Source: a bacterium
Lineage (GTDB): Bacteria > Zhuqueibacterota > Zhuqueibacteria > Oceanimicrobiales > Oceanimicrobiaceae
Reading direction: 5' to 3'
DNA length: 64,000 bases
NCBI GenBank assembly: GCA_037446635.1
Contig: JBBIIG010000006.1
Span: 1 to 64,000 of the forward strand
Part shown: positions 1-9,365 of the stretch, in pieces
Layout: every line of letters begins with the position of its first letter
Numbering within the stretch: the stretch's first letter is position 1
The notes under the pieces: model-generated
Databases searched by the model: none
Seen by the model: the letters and a program-made list of their open reading frames with translations, nothing else
What the model was told of the DNA's origin: nothing
Position numbers and translations under genes: made by a program

Positions 1-101
1 CGTAGGAACGAGTTGGAGGATACGCTCTGCGTAGGAACGAGTTGGAGGATACGCTCTGCGTAGGAACGAGTTGGAGGATACGCTTTGGGTAGGAACGAGT
101 T
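1..101. repeat. Tandem repeat, ~3.5 copies of a 29-bp unit (CGTAGGAACGAGTTGGAGGATACGCTCTG), probably extending past the window start
   Basis: Units at 1-29, 30-58, 59-87 (one mismatch) and a partial unit at 88-101; no spacers; unit junctions form a TACGC-tct-GCGTA hairpin. Confidence 0.95.
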
Positions 102-103
102 AG

Positions 104-193
104 AAAAGCCATTTGACGGGATCGTCGTCTCCATCTAGCGGGCATCCATTATAGACTCCCGCTAAAAACATGCGGGAGTGACAAATGGCTTTT
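104..193. repeat. Nested inverted-repeat element (REP/MITE-like)
   Basis: AAAAGCCATTTG (104-115) pairs with CAAATGGCTTTT (182-193); internal ACTCCCGC (155-162) pairs with GCGGGAGT (172-179). Confidence 0.7.
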
Positions 194-270
194 TGGATAG
201 CCCAGGGTTGGGGAAAGATCGACCCACCAGGGAGCGCGACTACTTGCAAATCATGAAATGAAGCTTAGCG

Positions 271-1347
271 TCACTTGAACTTGGAAATGGTCACATTCAA
301 GTTGCGGGTCTCGCCGGCGGCGCGGTCCCACTGCACCAGGATCGGGCTTTGATATTTGCCCAACACGATTTTGCCGCGGCCGTCGCCGTTCTTTTTTCCA
401 TTAAGCGGATCGCTATCCGAGGAAACGAACAAGCTGATGTGGCGCTTCATGCTGAGAAAGTGGGAGGCCGGTAGTCGAATGAAAACCGAGAGCAGCCGCT
501 CGATGACGGTCTCGCTCACGCCCATTTTGTCCATCAGCTCGTTGAAAAGATGAACGAGATCGTACTTGGCGTAGTCGAGGGTTTTGCCGGGGATGAGTTT
601 GGGTTGGGCGAGGGCGTGCCGGCCCTGAAGCGCCATGTATTTGAAGGGATTGCGCAGCACTTCCGCCAGGTCGTGCTTCATCAGCAGGGTTTCGTACTCG
701 TTGACTGTCAGGCCGGCGTTTTGCTCGCCCGGCGGCAGCTCGATGTCGATGCGGCCGTGGGTGATATCAAGATGTTTGATGAGCTCGTTAAGTTGTTCGC
801 ACAAGCCGAGGCGGGCGTCTTTCAGGTTAACGGAATCCACCGGGTGCTTCGATACCGGCACCCGCAGGGTGATGTTTTGCATGGCCTCTTCGGCGTTGAA
901 TCCTAAAATCGTGGTGCGGCGGGAGCGGGTCTCGCCGCCGTTGACGCCATCCAAATCGATGAAGTAAACCGGTTGACCGGGCTGGTTATCGTAGGTGACG
1001 CAATTTTTCATGCCGGCGCTGATGAAAATCAAATGGGCGTCGGCGTTTTTGGGCTCGCACTGCCGCTCCTGATCGCTCAATTCTTTCCTCAACTCGAGCT
1101 GATCGTGCTGGTAGTCGGCTTCCGGCGGAAAGATGTTGCGGAACGCGCCGAGCAATGGCTCAACGTGTTCGTTGGATTGGGTCTCTTCGAGGTAGCCGGC
1201 GGTGGTGTGAAACGAGCAGTACAGTGCTTTGCGGTAGCGCGCCAGGATGTCGCCGAACTGGTTGGCCAGGCGTTGCTTTACATCGATGACCGCGAAGCGC
1301 GCCGTCGGTTTGATTTCTAACGATATTTCTGTTGGCTGAGGCTCCAT
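271..1347 (-). CDS. Hypothetical protein with two tandem YjbQ/UPF0047-like domains
   Basis: HTTAGYLE and NADAHL in the first half; NAGLTVNE and GKIVLGKYQ..VQWD in the second; ATG at 1347 has an AGGA SD (ORF track extends to 1395). Confidence 0.65.
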   Translation of the reverse strand: MEPQPTEISLEIKPTARFAVIDVKQRLANQFGDILARYRKALYCSFHTTAGYLEETQSNEHVEPLLGAFRNIFPPEADYQHDQLELRKELSDQERQCEPKNADAHLIFISAGMKNCVTYDNQPGQPVYFIDLDGVNGGETRSRRTTILGFNAEEAMQNITLRVPVSKHPVDSVNLKDARLGLCEQLNELIKHLDITHGRIDIELPPGEQNAGLTVNEYETLLMKHDLAEVLRNPFKYMALQGRHALAQPKLIPGKTLDYAKYDLVHLFNELMDKMGVSETVIERLLSVFIRLPASHFLSMKRHISLFVSSDSDPLNGKKNGDGRGKIVLGKYQSPILVQWDRAAGETRNLNVTISKFK

Positions 1348-1504
1348 AGCTTTGTTCCTGAGCATCCTTTCAAAAACGTTACCAAAAAACGGCACGAATA
1401 TAAATTATTCTTCCGTGAATTGCAAACTAAAAGATTTGACAAGTTATAAATACGAACAAAATCAGCGTTTGCGTGTTAGCCCTCTGTAATTTATTTTCGG
1501 TAGC

Positions 1505-1550
1505 TTTGGGGGCGGCCTTTAGCGGAGACTAATCTGCGGCCGCTCCCAAA
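1505..1550. repeat. GC-rich intergenic hairpin (REP-like)
   Basis: TTTGGGGGCGGCC ... GGCCGCTCCCAAA imperfect inverted repeat. Confidence 0.55.
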
Positions 1551-1557
1551 TAAAAAA

Positions 1558-1586
1558 TGAAACCCGGCTCTCCATCACGGCGTAAC
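1558..1586 (+). promoter_or_regulatory. Putative ECF sigma-factor promoter of the M16 peptidase gene
   Basis: TGAAAC-N17-CGTAAC, a SigW-like pattern, about 70 nt before the ATG. Confidence 0.55.
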
Positions 1587-1657
1587 AAAAGTCGTCTTTT
1601 CACCGAGTCATTTCAAATTCCTTTCATTATTAATAACCAACCGCAAGGAGGAAAGAG

Positions 1658-4414
1658 ATGCGTTTATATCTACTTCTAACGCTGTCCAGCCTGTTGTGCC
1701 TGGCCTCGTTTCTGTTCGCCAACTCCGGCGCCGACACCGGTGCGGAGGCGGAGATCGACATCCCGTTTCAAAAATTCGTGCTCGGCAACGGGCTGACGCT
1801 CATCGTCCACGAAGATCCCAAAGCGCCCATCGTGGCGGTGAACGTCTGGTACCACGTCGGCTCGAAAAACGAAAAGCCCGGCAAAACCGGCTTCGCCCAC
1901 CTGTTCGAACATCTCATGTTCAACGGCAGCGAGCATTTCAACGACGATTATTTCCAGGCGCTGGAACGCGTGGGCGCCACCGACCTCAACGGCACCACCA
2001 ACAAAGACCGCACCAACTATTTTCAAAACGTCCCCACCTCGGCGCTGGACCTCGCGCTGTGGATGGAATCGGATCGCATGGGCCATCTTTTGGGCGCCGT
2101 CGATCAGGCTAAATTGGATGAGCAGCGCGGCGTGGTTCAAAACGAAAAACGCCAGGGGGAGAACCAGCCCTACGGCCGTAAAATCTGGCACGCGATTTCG
2201 TACGCCTCGTTTCCGTCGCACCATCCCTACTCGTGGGAGGTAATTGGCTCGATGGAAGATCTCGACGCCGCCAGCCTGGAAGACGTGCACGAGTGGTTCA
2301 AAGAATACTACGGCGCGGCCAACGCGGTGCTGGTGGTCGCCGGCGATGTGAAAACCGACGAGATCAAAACCAAAGTTGAAAAATATTTCGGCGACATTCC
2401 CGCCGGGCCTCCCATCGCCAAGCATGATGTGTGGATTTCCAAACGTTCGGGTACGCACCGGCAAATCATGCAGGATCGCGTGCCGCAAGCGCGCATTTAT
2501 AAAGTGTGGAACATCCCGCAGTGGGGCTCCGCCGAGGGCGTGTATCTCGATTTGGTGAGCGACGTGCTCGCTTCCGGCAAAACCTCGCGCTTGTACAAGC
2601 GGCTGGTTTATGACGATCAAATTGCCACCGACGTGGTCGCGTTGGTGTTTTTAAACGAAATCGCCGGCCAGTTCGTGGTTTGGGCCACCGCCAAGCCCGG
2701 CGACGATTTGGCCAAAGTGGAAAAAGCGCTCGACGAAGAGCTGGCGCGCTTTCTCAAAACCGGGCCGACGCCCGCGGAACTGGCGCGGGTGAAAACCGAG
2801 TACCGCGCTAATTTCATTCGCGGCATCGAGCGCATTGGCGGCTTCGGCGGCAAGTCCGATATTTTAGCGATGAATGAAGTGTATGGCGGCGATCCGTCGT
2901 TTTACAAAACCACGCTGGCAAGGGTGAAAGACGCCACCGCGCAGAATCTTTTGACCAGCGCCCAGATCTGGCTTTCCGACGGCGCCTTCGTTTTGGAGGT
3001 GCACCCGTTCCCGGAATACAAAACCATCGCTTCCGATGTCGATCGCTCGACGCTGCCCACGCCCGGCGATCCGCCGCAAGCCAGGTTTCCGGATCTGCAG
3101 CGGGCGACGCTTTCCAACGGATTGAAGATCGTGTTGGCGGAACGCCACGCCGTGCCGTTGATTAACTTCGAACTGCTGGTGGATGCCGGTTACGCCGCGG
3201 ACCAATTCGCCCTTCCCGGCACCGCCGACCTCGCCATGGATATGATGGATGAGGGCACGAAGACCCGCACCGCGCTGCAAATCAACGAGGAGTTGGCGAA
3301 CTTGGGCGCGCAGTTGCGCACCAGCGCCGACCTCGACGTGTGCAGCGTCTATTTGTCGAGCCTCAAATCCAATCTCGATAAATCCCTCAACCTCTTCGCC
3401 GACGTGATTCTGAATCCCTCGTTTCCCGAAGCCGATTTCAAACGCTTGCAGCAGCAGCAAATTGCCGCCATCAAGCGCGAGAAAACCAATCCCTTTCAAA
3501 TGGCGCAGCGGGTCATGCCGCGTTTGATCTATGGCAAGGATCACGCTTACGGTAACCCGCTCACCGGCTCCGGATTTGAAGACTCGGTTTCCCAACTCAC
3601 ACGGGATGAGCTGGCGAAATTTCACGCCGAATGGTTTCAGCCCAACAACGCCACGTTGGTGGTGGTGGGCGCGACGACTTTGGCGGAAATCCAACCGAAG
3701 TTAGAGGCGCTGTTCAAAAACTGGCAGTCCGGCGAGACCCCTAAGAAGAACATCAGCGAGGTGGCGCTGCCGGAAAATTCGGTGGTCTATCTCATGGACA
3801 AACCCGGCGCGGTGCAGTCGGTGATCATGGCCGGCCACGTTGCTCCGCCCAAGTCCGACCCCAACGACATTCCCATCGAAACCATGAACCAGATTTTGGG
3901 CGGCTCGTTCACGTCGCGCATCAACATGAACCTGCGGGAAAACAAACACTGGTCGTACGGCTCCCGCAGCATCATCGCGGCTGCGCGCGGGCAGCGGCCG
4001 TTCATTGTTTTCGCCCCGGTGCAGACCGATAAAACCAAAGAATCGATGATAGAAATTTCAAAAGAGCTGAACGAAATTTTAAGCAGCCGACCCGCTGCGG
4101 CCGAGGAGTTGGAGAAGGTGCAAAAAAACCGCGTACTGCGACTGCCCGGTTCGTGGGAGACCATCAATGAAGTTGCGAACGCCATCAATGACATCGTGCG
4201 TTACGGCCTGCCGGACGATTATTATCAAACTTATCCAGAGAAAATTAATGCGCTCAATTTGAGCGATATCAACATGGCCGCCAGGCAAGTGATTCATCCG
4301 CAGAATTTAGTGTGGGTGGTGGTGGGCGATCGCGCCAAGATTGAGGCCGGCGTGAAAGAATTGAATTACGGCGAGCTGCGCTACATCGATGGCGATGGCA
4401 ACGTGATTCAGTAA
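1658..4414 (+). CDS. Secreted M16 (pitrilysin/insulinase) family zinc protease, fused two-domain form
   Basis: Signal peptide; HLFEH inverted zinc motif (GFAHLFEHLMF); C-terminal inactive M16 half with LRE...SYG; AAGGAGG SD. Confidence 0.95.
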   Translation: MRLYLLLTLSSLLCLASFLFANSGADTGAEAEIDIPFQKFVLGNGLTLIVHEDPKAPIVAVNVWYHVGSKNEKPGKTGFAHLFEHLMFNGSEHFNDDYFQALERVGATDLNGTTNKDRTNYFQNVPTSALDLALWMESDRMGHLLGAVDQAKLDEQRGVVQNEKRQGENQPYGRKIWHAISYASFPSHHPYSWEVIGSMEDLDAASLEDVHEWFKEYYGAANAVLVVAGDVKTDEIKTKVEKYFGDIPAGPPIAKHDVWISKRSGTHRQIMQDRVPQARIYKVWNIPQWGSAEGVYLDLVSDVLASGKTSRLYKRLVYDDQIATDVVALVFLNEIAGQFVVWATAKPGDDLAKVEKALDEELARFLKTGPTPAELARVKTEYRANFIRGIERIGGFGGKSDILAMNEVYGGDPSFYKTTLARVKDATAQNLLTSAQIWLSDGAFVLEVHPFPEYKTIASDVDRSTLPTPGDPPQARFPDLQRATLSNGLKIVLAERHAVPLINFELLVDAGYAADQFALPGTADLAMDMMDEGTKTRTALQINEELANLGAQLRTSADLDVCSVYLSSLKSNLDKSLNLFADVILNPSFPEADFKRLQQQQIAAIKREKTNPFQMAQRVMPRLIYGKDHAYGNPLTGSGFEDSVSQLTRDELAKFHAEWFQPNNATLVVVGATTLAEIQPKLEALFKNWQSGETPKKNISEVALPENSVVYLMDKPGAVQSVIMAGHVAPPKSDPNDIPIETMNQILGGSFTSRINMNLRENKHWSYGSRSIIAAARGQRPFIVFAPVQTDKTKESMIEISKELNEILSSRPAAAEELEKVQKNRVLRLPGSWETINEVANAINDIVRYGLPDDYYQTYPEKINALNLSDINMAARQVIHPQNLVWVVVGDRAKIEAGVKELNYGELRYIDGDGNVIQ

Positions 4415-4437
4415 TTTTATCGGCCTTACAAACCAAA

Positions 4438-4475
4438 ACGCCGTAGGGGTAATTCATGAATTACCCCTACGGCGT
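4438..4475. repeat. Perfect 38-bp palindrome, GTAG-type REP-like; possible bidirectional terminator
   Basis: ACGCCGTAGGGGTAATTCATGAATTACCCCTACGGCGT is its own reverse complement and lies between convergent genes. Confidence 0.9.
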
Positions 4476-4509
4476 CTCTATTTTTAGACAAAGTAGATTC
4501 GTTTTCCAG

Positions 4510-5505
4510 CTACGATGTCACCTTCACAAATCGCGGCACCTTGTTTTTGACCGGCTTCACGGTGCGCAGATAATCGTAAATCGCGCCCAAATCTTCTTCG
4601 GTCATGCCGCTGAAAAGATTCCACGGCATGATGGTGTTGAACTGGCCCTTTTGCAGCGGGTGTTTTCGCACCTCGTCGCCGGCGTAGGACTTGAACACCG
4701 CGATAAACGTCTGCTTGTCCCAGCCGCCGATGCCGGTTTCCACGTCCGGGGTGATGTTCTGCGAAACCACCAGGTGGCCGTTGGGCAGGTAAAATTCGTA
4801 GCCGCCAGCGAACTCCATGCCGGCTACCGGCGCGCCGTTCTCCCATTTCGTGTGGCACTCGATGCAGGAAGCCATGTTCACTAAATATTTTCCATACTCA
4901 ACGGTATTTTTGCGATCGGGCGCTTTCTGCCAAACCACCGGCGGCGGCGTGGTGGGCATCACCGCTTCAATGGGGATAAAAAGCTCGCGTTTTGGAACTT
5001 CGTTCTCCACGGGCTCCAACGTGCGAATGTAGGCGATAATCGAGTACACGTCTTCCTGCGAGATATTTCGGAACATCAGATAGGGCATCAAAGGGAAGAG
5101 GGTCTCGCCGTCTTTATTCACGCCCTGGGTGAGCGCTTTGATCAAATCGGCGTCCGTCCAGTGGCCAATGCCGGCTGGGGTGATATTTCTCGAATACAGT
5201 GTTCCCGGCATACCGTATTCGGGGCCGAAGCGTTCGCCGCCCATGCCCTCGGCGCCTTCGAGCGGGGGCGCGGAATAGAGCGTCCAGTCGCGCTTGGTGT
5301 GGCAGTCGATGCAGATGGCCACATGATTGGCGAGGTACTCGCCGCGCGCCACCCGCTCCGGCGTTGATTTTATGATGAAGCCGTCGGCGGGTTTATTTTC
5401 AGCAAAATGGCTGGAGCCCAGAACCACCGCCGTCACGGCGAGGATAACAAATAGAAGTTTGATCCAACGTGAGAAAAAGTTTTTTGAATGTATGTTGGGG
5501 TTCAT
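4510..5505 (-). CDS. Membrane-anchored diheme cytochrome c
   Basis: Two CxxCH motifs (CIDCH, CIECH), repeated RGEYL/YGKYL and NITP..GIG.W segments, N-terminal TM helix. Confidence 0.92.
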   Translation of the reverse strand: MNPNIHSKNFFSRWIKLLFVILAVTAVVLGSSHFAENKPADGFIIKSTPERVARGEYLANHVAICIDCHTKRDWTLYSAPPLEGAEGMGGERFGPEYGMPGTLYSRNITPAGIGHWTDADLIKALTQGVNKDGETLFPLMPYLMFRNISQEDVYSIIAYIRTLEPVENEVPKRELFIPIEAVMPTTPPPVVWQKAPDRKNTVEYGKYLVNMASCIECHTKWENGAPVAGMEFAGGYEFYLPNGHLVVSQNITPDVETGIGGWDKQTFIAVFKSYAGDEVRKHPLQKGQFNTIMPWNLFSGMTEEDLGAIYDYLRTVKPVKNKVPRFVKVTS

Positions 5506-5543
5506 ACGCTTTCTCCTCGTTTAGTTAAACATCGGCGAGAAAA

Positions 5544-5570
5544 AACGAGAGGTTGGCAGGAAAGGTTGCA
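5544..5570 (-). promoter_or_regulatory. Putative ECF promoter of the cytochrome c gene
   Basis: Minus strand TGCAAC-N17-CGTT, about 40 nt before the ATG. Confidence 0.5.
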
Positions 5571-5698
5571 GAAAAATTTTCGCTGAAAATTTTTGTGAAA
5601 CAAAAATTGTGAAGCTGAGTAGGCGGGCGGATCAAAAAAATTGCGCTCCAGCTGCGTAAAAGCGAGCACCGGCGCGGGCGGCCGGTGCTCGGAAGAGG

Positions 5699-6577
5699 CT
5701 ATTTCAGGCCGTTGGATTCGTCGTTGCGCAGCGTGCTCATGATGCCGCGCAGCGCCGCCGGAATATCCGCCGGCATGATCACCACTTTTGAATTGGGAGA
5801 GGCAGAAAGTCCTTTGATGGCATCAACATATTTTTCACCCAACAAAAACATCACCGGCAGCTCGTTCGATTGAATCGCCTCCGAAATTTTCTGGATGGCC
5901 TGTTGATTGGCGTTTGCTAAATATACCGTGGCCTGGGCCTCCAGCTTGGAGGCTTCGAGCCGCCCCTGCGCTTCGAGAATGGCGGCGGTTTTTTCGCCCT
6001 CGGCGCGGTGAACGGTGGCTCGGCTCGCCCGTTCCGCCGCCGCTTGTTCTTCCATGGCCTTTTGCATGGTGTCGGAGGGTTTGATATCCTGAATTTCTAC
6101 GGATTTCAAAGTGATGCCCCACTCAAAAATATCGTCCGAAATGGCGGCTTTCAGTTTTGCTTTGATCTCCTCCCGCGAGGACAGGGCGTCGTCCAAATTC
6201 ATTTCGCCGATAATTGAGCGCAGCGAAGTTTGCACCAGGTTGCGGATGGCCAGCCGGTAATCCTCGACGCCATACACAGCTTTGTGAGGCTGCGAGATGT
6301 TGATATAGGCCACGGCGTTGGCGCCAATGACGGCGTTGTCTTTGGTGATAACCTCCTGAGGCGGAATCTCTAAAACAATGTCTTTGGTTGGCACCTCGTG
6401 GACGGCTTTATCGATGAGGGGGATGATAATATTCAATCCCGGCTCGAGGGTGGCGTGATATTTCCCCAGCCTTTCCACCACGTGGGTGCTGCCTTGCGGC
6501 ACAATCCGAATGCCGAAAAAAATAACCGCGGCAGTTAAGACGATAAGCGCAATCAATAAAACGGCTGTTCCATCCAT
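5699..6577 (-). CDS. SPFH/band 7 (QmcA/stomatin-like) protein
   Basis: N-terminal TM; VVERLGKY, QEVITKDNA, LRSIIGEMNLDDALSSREEI; coiled-coil tail. Confidence 0.95.
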   Translation of the reverse strand: MDGTAVLLIALIVLTAAVIFFGIRIVPQGSTHVVERLGKYHATLEPGLNIIIPLIDKAVHEVPTKDIVLEIPPQEVITKDNAVIGANAVAYINISQPHKAVYGVEDYRLAIRNLVQTSLRSIIGEMNLDDALSSREEIKAKLKAAISDDIFEWGITLKSVEIQDIKPSDTMQKAMEEQAAAERASRATVHRAEGEKTAAILEAQGRLEASKLEAQATVYLANANQQAIQKISEAIQSNELPVMFLLGEKYVDAIKGLSASPNSKVVIMPADIPAALRGIMSTLRNDESNGLK

Positions 6578-6590
6578 AAAGGCCTCCGAC

Positions 6591-7007
6591 TCAGGTTTCT
6601 AAAAAGGTGATGATTTTTTCGATGACGTCATCGAATGGCGCAGGCTTTCTGAATATTTCCTTCACCTGCAAATCGCGGACGCTATCCAACACCTGGCCGT
6701 TGGTGACGGCGGTTAAAACGAATACGGGAACGTCGGCCGCGGTTTTCAGCTCGGGAATTTCTTGATTTCGAATTTTCGCCAACAAGGTGGAGCCGGCTCG
6801 GCGCGGCTCGACCTGCTGGCCCAGAATCGTGCCCGGTGCAAACATGATATCCAAAACGATCAAGTCATACTTTTTTTGGCGAAGCAGCGCAATGGCCTGA
6901 TCGCTGTTTTCAGCAAAATCGGTTTCAATATCGTGATCCTGCAGAATCTCAAAATAGGGGGAGACGCTCCAGTTCTCGTCATCCACAAAAAGAATGCGCT
7001 TCGACAT
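6591..7007 (-). CDS. Single-domain response regulator (receiver)
   Basis: ILFVDDE, LIVLDIM, VLTA and KP receiver motifs; no output domain. Confidence 0.92.
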   Translation of the reverse strand: MSKRILFVDDENWSVSPYFEILQDHDIETDFAENSDQAIALLRQKKYDLIVLDIMFAPGTILGQQVEPRRAGSTLLAKIRNQEIPELKTAADVPVFVLTAVTNGQVLDSVRDLQVKEIFRKPAPFDDVIEKIITFLET

Positions 7008-7009
7008 CG

Positions 7010-9274
7010 CTATTGCTCCTTAGGGTTTTTCGGCAGTATCACAAAAAAGGTGGTGGTATAACCCTCGTAGTTCATGACTTTTTTGGGATCGTTTAAATAG
7101 GGCTTGCTAACTACGAAAATTTTGCCTTTGTGATTGAGAACAAATTTTTTGGCGATTTTCAGACCCAAGCCGGTGCCGGGAATAAACCGCGTTCGATCCA
7201 TAATATCACTGCGTTGAAATTCCTCGAAAATCTGCTCGTACCATCGTTCCGGAATTCCCACGCCGTTGTCTTTGACGGAGATTTCAACCCGGCGGCCGTG
7301 ATCCTCGCCTTTGATCTCGATGTTTTCATTCGCGTAGGAATATTTGACGGCATTATCGATGAGGTTGGTGAAAACCTGTTCCATTTGTACCTTGTCATAA
7401 AGAAAGGGCGGCAGCTTTTTGACGCTGTCGTAAACTATAATCGTGATTCCTCTTTTCTTGGCGGTTTCGCGAAAGCGCTCCGCACAATAATTAATCGTCT
7501 CGCTAATCTGGCCTTCTTCAAAATTCGAGCCCATCATTTCAAGCGATTCGGCCGCGGAAAACAGAGCGTTTTTCATTTGGCGGTCGGCGCGGTAGGCTTC
7601 TTCCTGGACGATTTGGGCGATCTGCCGCACCCGTTCATCATCGCCGTATTTCTTTTCAAGATGGTATTTGAGCGCGCCTAAGTGAGCGCTCAAATTGTGC
7701 AGCGGCGAGCGAAACTCGTGCCCCATGTCGGCCATGGTTTTCTCCAGCTTTTCGATGCGAATCTTTTGCCGCTGCGATTCAATAGCCACGGCGACCTGAT
7801 TCGCAAAGCCCGCAAGAATCTTGAGGGTCTCGTTTAGATAGTGACGGTCGCCTTTGAGCAGGTCTTGTTTCTCTGAAAGCCCGATTTGCAGCGCGCCGAT
7901 AACTTTGTCTTGCACAATCAGCGGGATGATGTACTGCGCGGTGATGCCGGCCTGTCGCACCATCTCCTGATTGCAATAGGGATTATTGGCGCAATCTTCG
8001 ATCAGCTCGGGCTTGCCGGATTTCACCACTCGCGCCAGAATATCGTTGCTGGAGAGCGGCACGTTGGTTTTGTATTGCAAATCCCGCCAGTTCTTTCCGG
8101 TCGCCCGCTTGCCGACGATGGTTCGGGTGGTTTCATCCACCAGCGAGATCATCCCTTTGTCGTAACCAATTTTTGCGAGGTTTTCAAAAATCGTATCGTA
8201 GGCCTGCTCGAGACTTTCGGCGTTCAGCAGCAGCAGGGTGGCGCGGTTGAGATGATCCAACTGTTGCTCTAAGATTTTGGCTTTGGTGAGGTCTTTCGCA
8301 ATGCAAATGGTTCGGGTGATGTGGAATTCGTCTCTCTCCAAAATCGCCGTGGAGATGCTGATGGGGACGGATTCGCCGAATCTATTTAGAATGACGACTT
8401 CGCAATTTGAGACTTCTCCTTTGCCCTGGCGGAGAGCTTGAGTGAGCTTATCGAGGTCCACCGTCAGCAGTTCGCGGGCGTCTTTGCCTTCGAAATCCTT
8501 TAATTTGTAGTCATAGCCCAGCAGTTTGTGCGCGGCGCGGTTGGCCATGTTGATGCGCCAGACCAATTTGCCATCGATTTTTTTATTGCGAGTGACGAAC
8601 ACCGGGTCGGGAATTTTGTCCACAATTCTTTGCAGGAAAGCCTCGCTTTTGCGGAATTGTTGAAACAGCCGGAAGTGCTTGATGGCGATGGCGGCGTAGG
8701 AGGCAAAAGTCTTCATCAGCTTTTTGGCTGAATCAGTGAAAGTTTGCTTGTGGCGATAATTCAGAAACATCAGGCCGACGATCTCATCACCGGCTTTCAA
8801 AACTAGCGCCGCCACGGATACGATGCCTTCGCGAATATGAAATCGGATGTGCGGCCTTCCTGGAATGGCCTCGGATTTTTCTGAAATCATGTAGGGATGT
8901 TGCTCAATCTCTTTCGTTTTTTCAAAATACAAATGCTGACCGCCTTTGACGATCTTTTCTGCAAAGGTATCGCCAGTGAATACAAACGTTTTGTTATAGT
9001 CAACGCCTTCAAACAAGGTGCCGGCATAGATGGGCGGGGGTACCAGCTTGGACGTGTCTCTGTCGTACTGGAAGAGCACCACCGGATCAGCGTGAAGAAC
9101 TTCGGAGGCGCTGCGGGCGATTTGTTGCAAAATTTCCTCGATCCCCGATAGCGAAGCGATTTTTTCGCCGAGCGCACTGAAGTGTTCGAGCAATGCATTG
9201 TACGATTGTGTCTCGCGGACGATCTCTTCAATGATTCGCCGCGCCGAAGGTTGTTCTGAATCAGCCATGATCAT
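7010..9274 (-). CDS. Cytoplasmic GAF-PAS-GAF sensor histidine kinase
   Basis: H-box GHEFRSPL, NLIDNAVKY, DNGVGI, GTGLGL; two GAF-like ends (FASYAAIAI, FANQVAVAIE); PAS-like IPDPVFV..ANRAAHKLLGY. Confidence 0.93.
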   Translation of the reverse strand: MIMADSEQPSARRIIEEIVRETQSYNALLEHFSALGEKIASLSGIEEILQQIARSASEVLHADPVVLFQYDRDTSKLVPPPIYAGTLFEGVDYNKTFVFTGDTFAEKIVKGGQHLYFEKTKEIEQHPYMISEKSEAIPGRPHIRFHIREGIVSVAALVLKAGDEIVGLMFLNYRHKQTFTDSAKKLMKTFASYAAIAIKHFRLFQQFRKSEAFLQRIVDKIPDPVFVTRNKKIDGKLVWRINMANRAAHKLLGYDYKLKDFEGKDARELLTVDLDKLTQALRQGKGEVSNCEVVILNRFGESVPISISTAILERDEFHITRTICIAKDLTKAKILEQQLDHLNRATLLLLNAESLEQAYDTIFENLAKIGYDKGMISLVDETTRTIVGKRATGKNWRDLQYKTNVPLSSNDILARVVKSGKPELIEDCANNPYCNQEMVRQAGITAQYIIPLIVQDKVIGALQIGLSEKQDLLKGDRHYLNETLKILAGFANQVAVAIESQRQKIRIEKLEKTMADMGHEFRSPLHNLSAHLGALKYHLEKKYGDDERVRQIAQIVQEEAYRADRQMKNALFSAAESLEMMGSNFEEGQISETINYCAERFRETAKKRGITIIVYDSVKKLPPFLYDKVQMEQVFTNLIDNAVKYSYANENIEIKGEDHGRRVEISVKDNGVGIPERWYEQIFEEFQRSDIMDRTRFIPGTGLGLKIAKKFVLNHKGKIFVVSKPYLNDPKKVMNYEGYTTTFFVILPKNPKEQ

Positions 9275-9365
9275 CTCTCTGCAATTATGAGGAATATGGT
9301 GTAAATATAATTACCACAAAATTAAATCACCTCTGCCCATAACCACTAAGTTAGGACGCGCAGCT

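Noticed and set aside
1..101. CRISPR array
   Set aside because: The 29-bp units abut with no unique spacers, and there are no cas genes in the window
1676..2620. 314-aa antisense ORF (also 2864-3694)
   Set aside because: Shadow of the GC-biased M16 protease gene; no recognisable motifs
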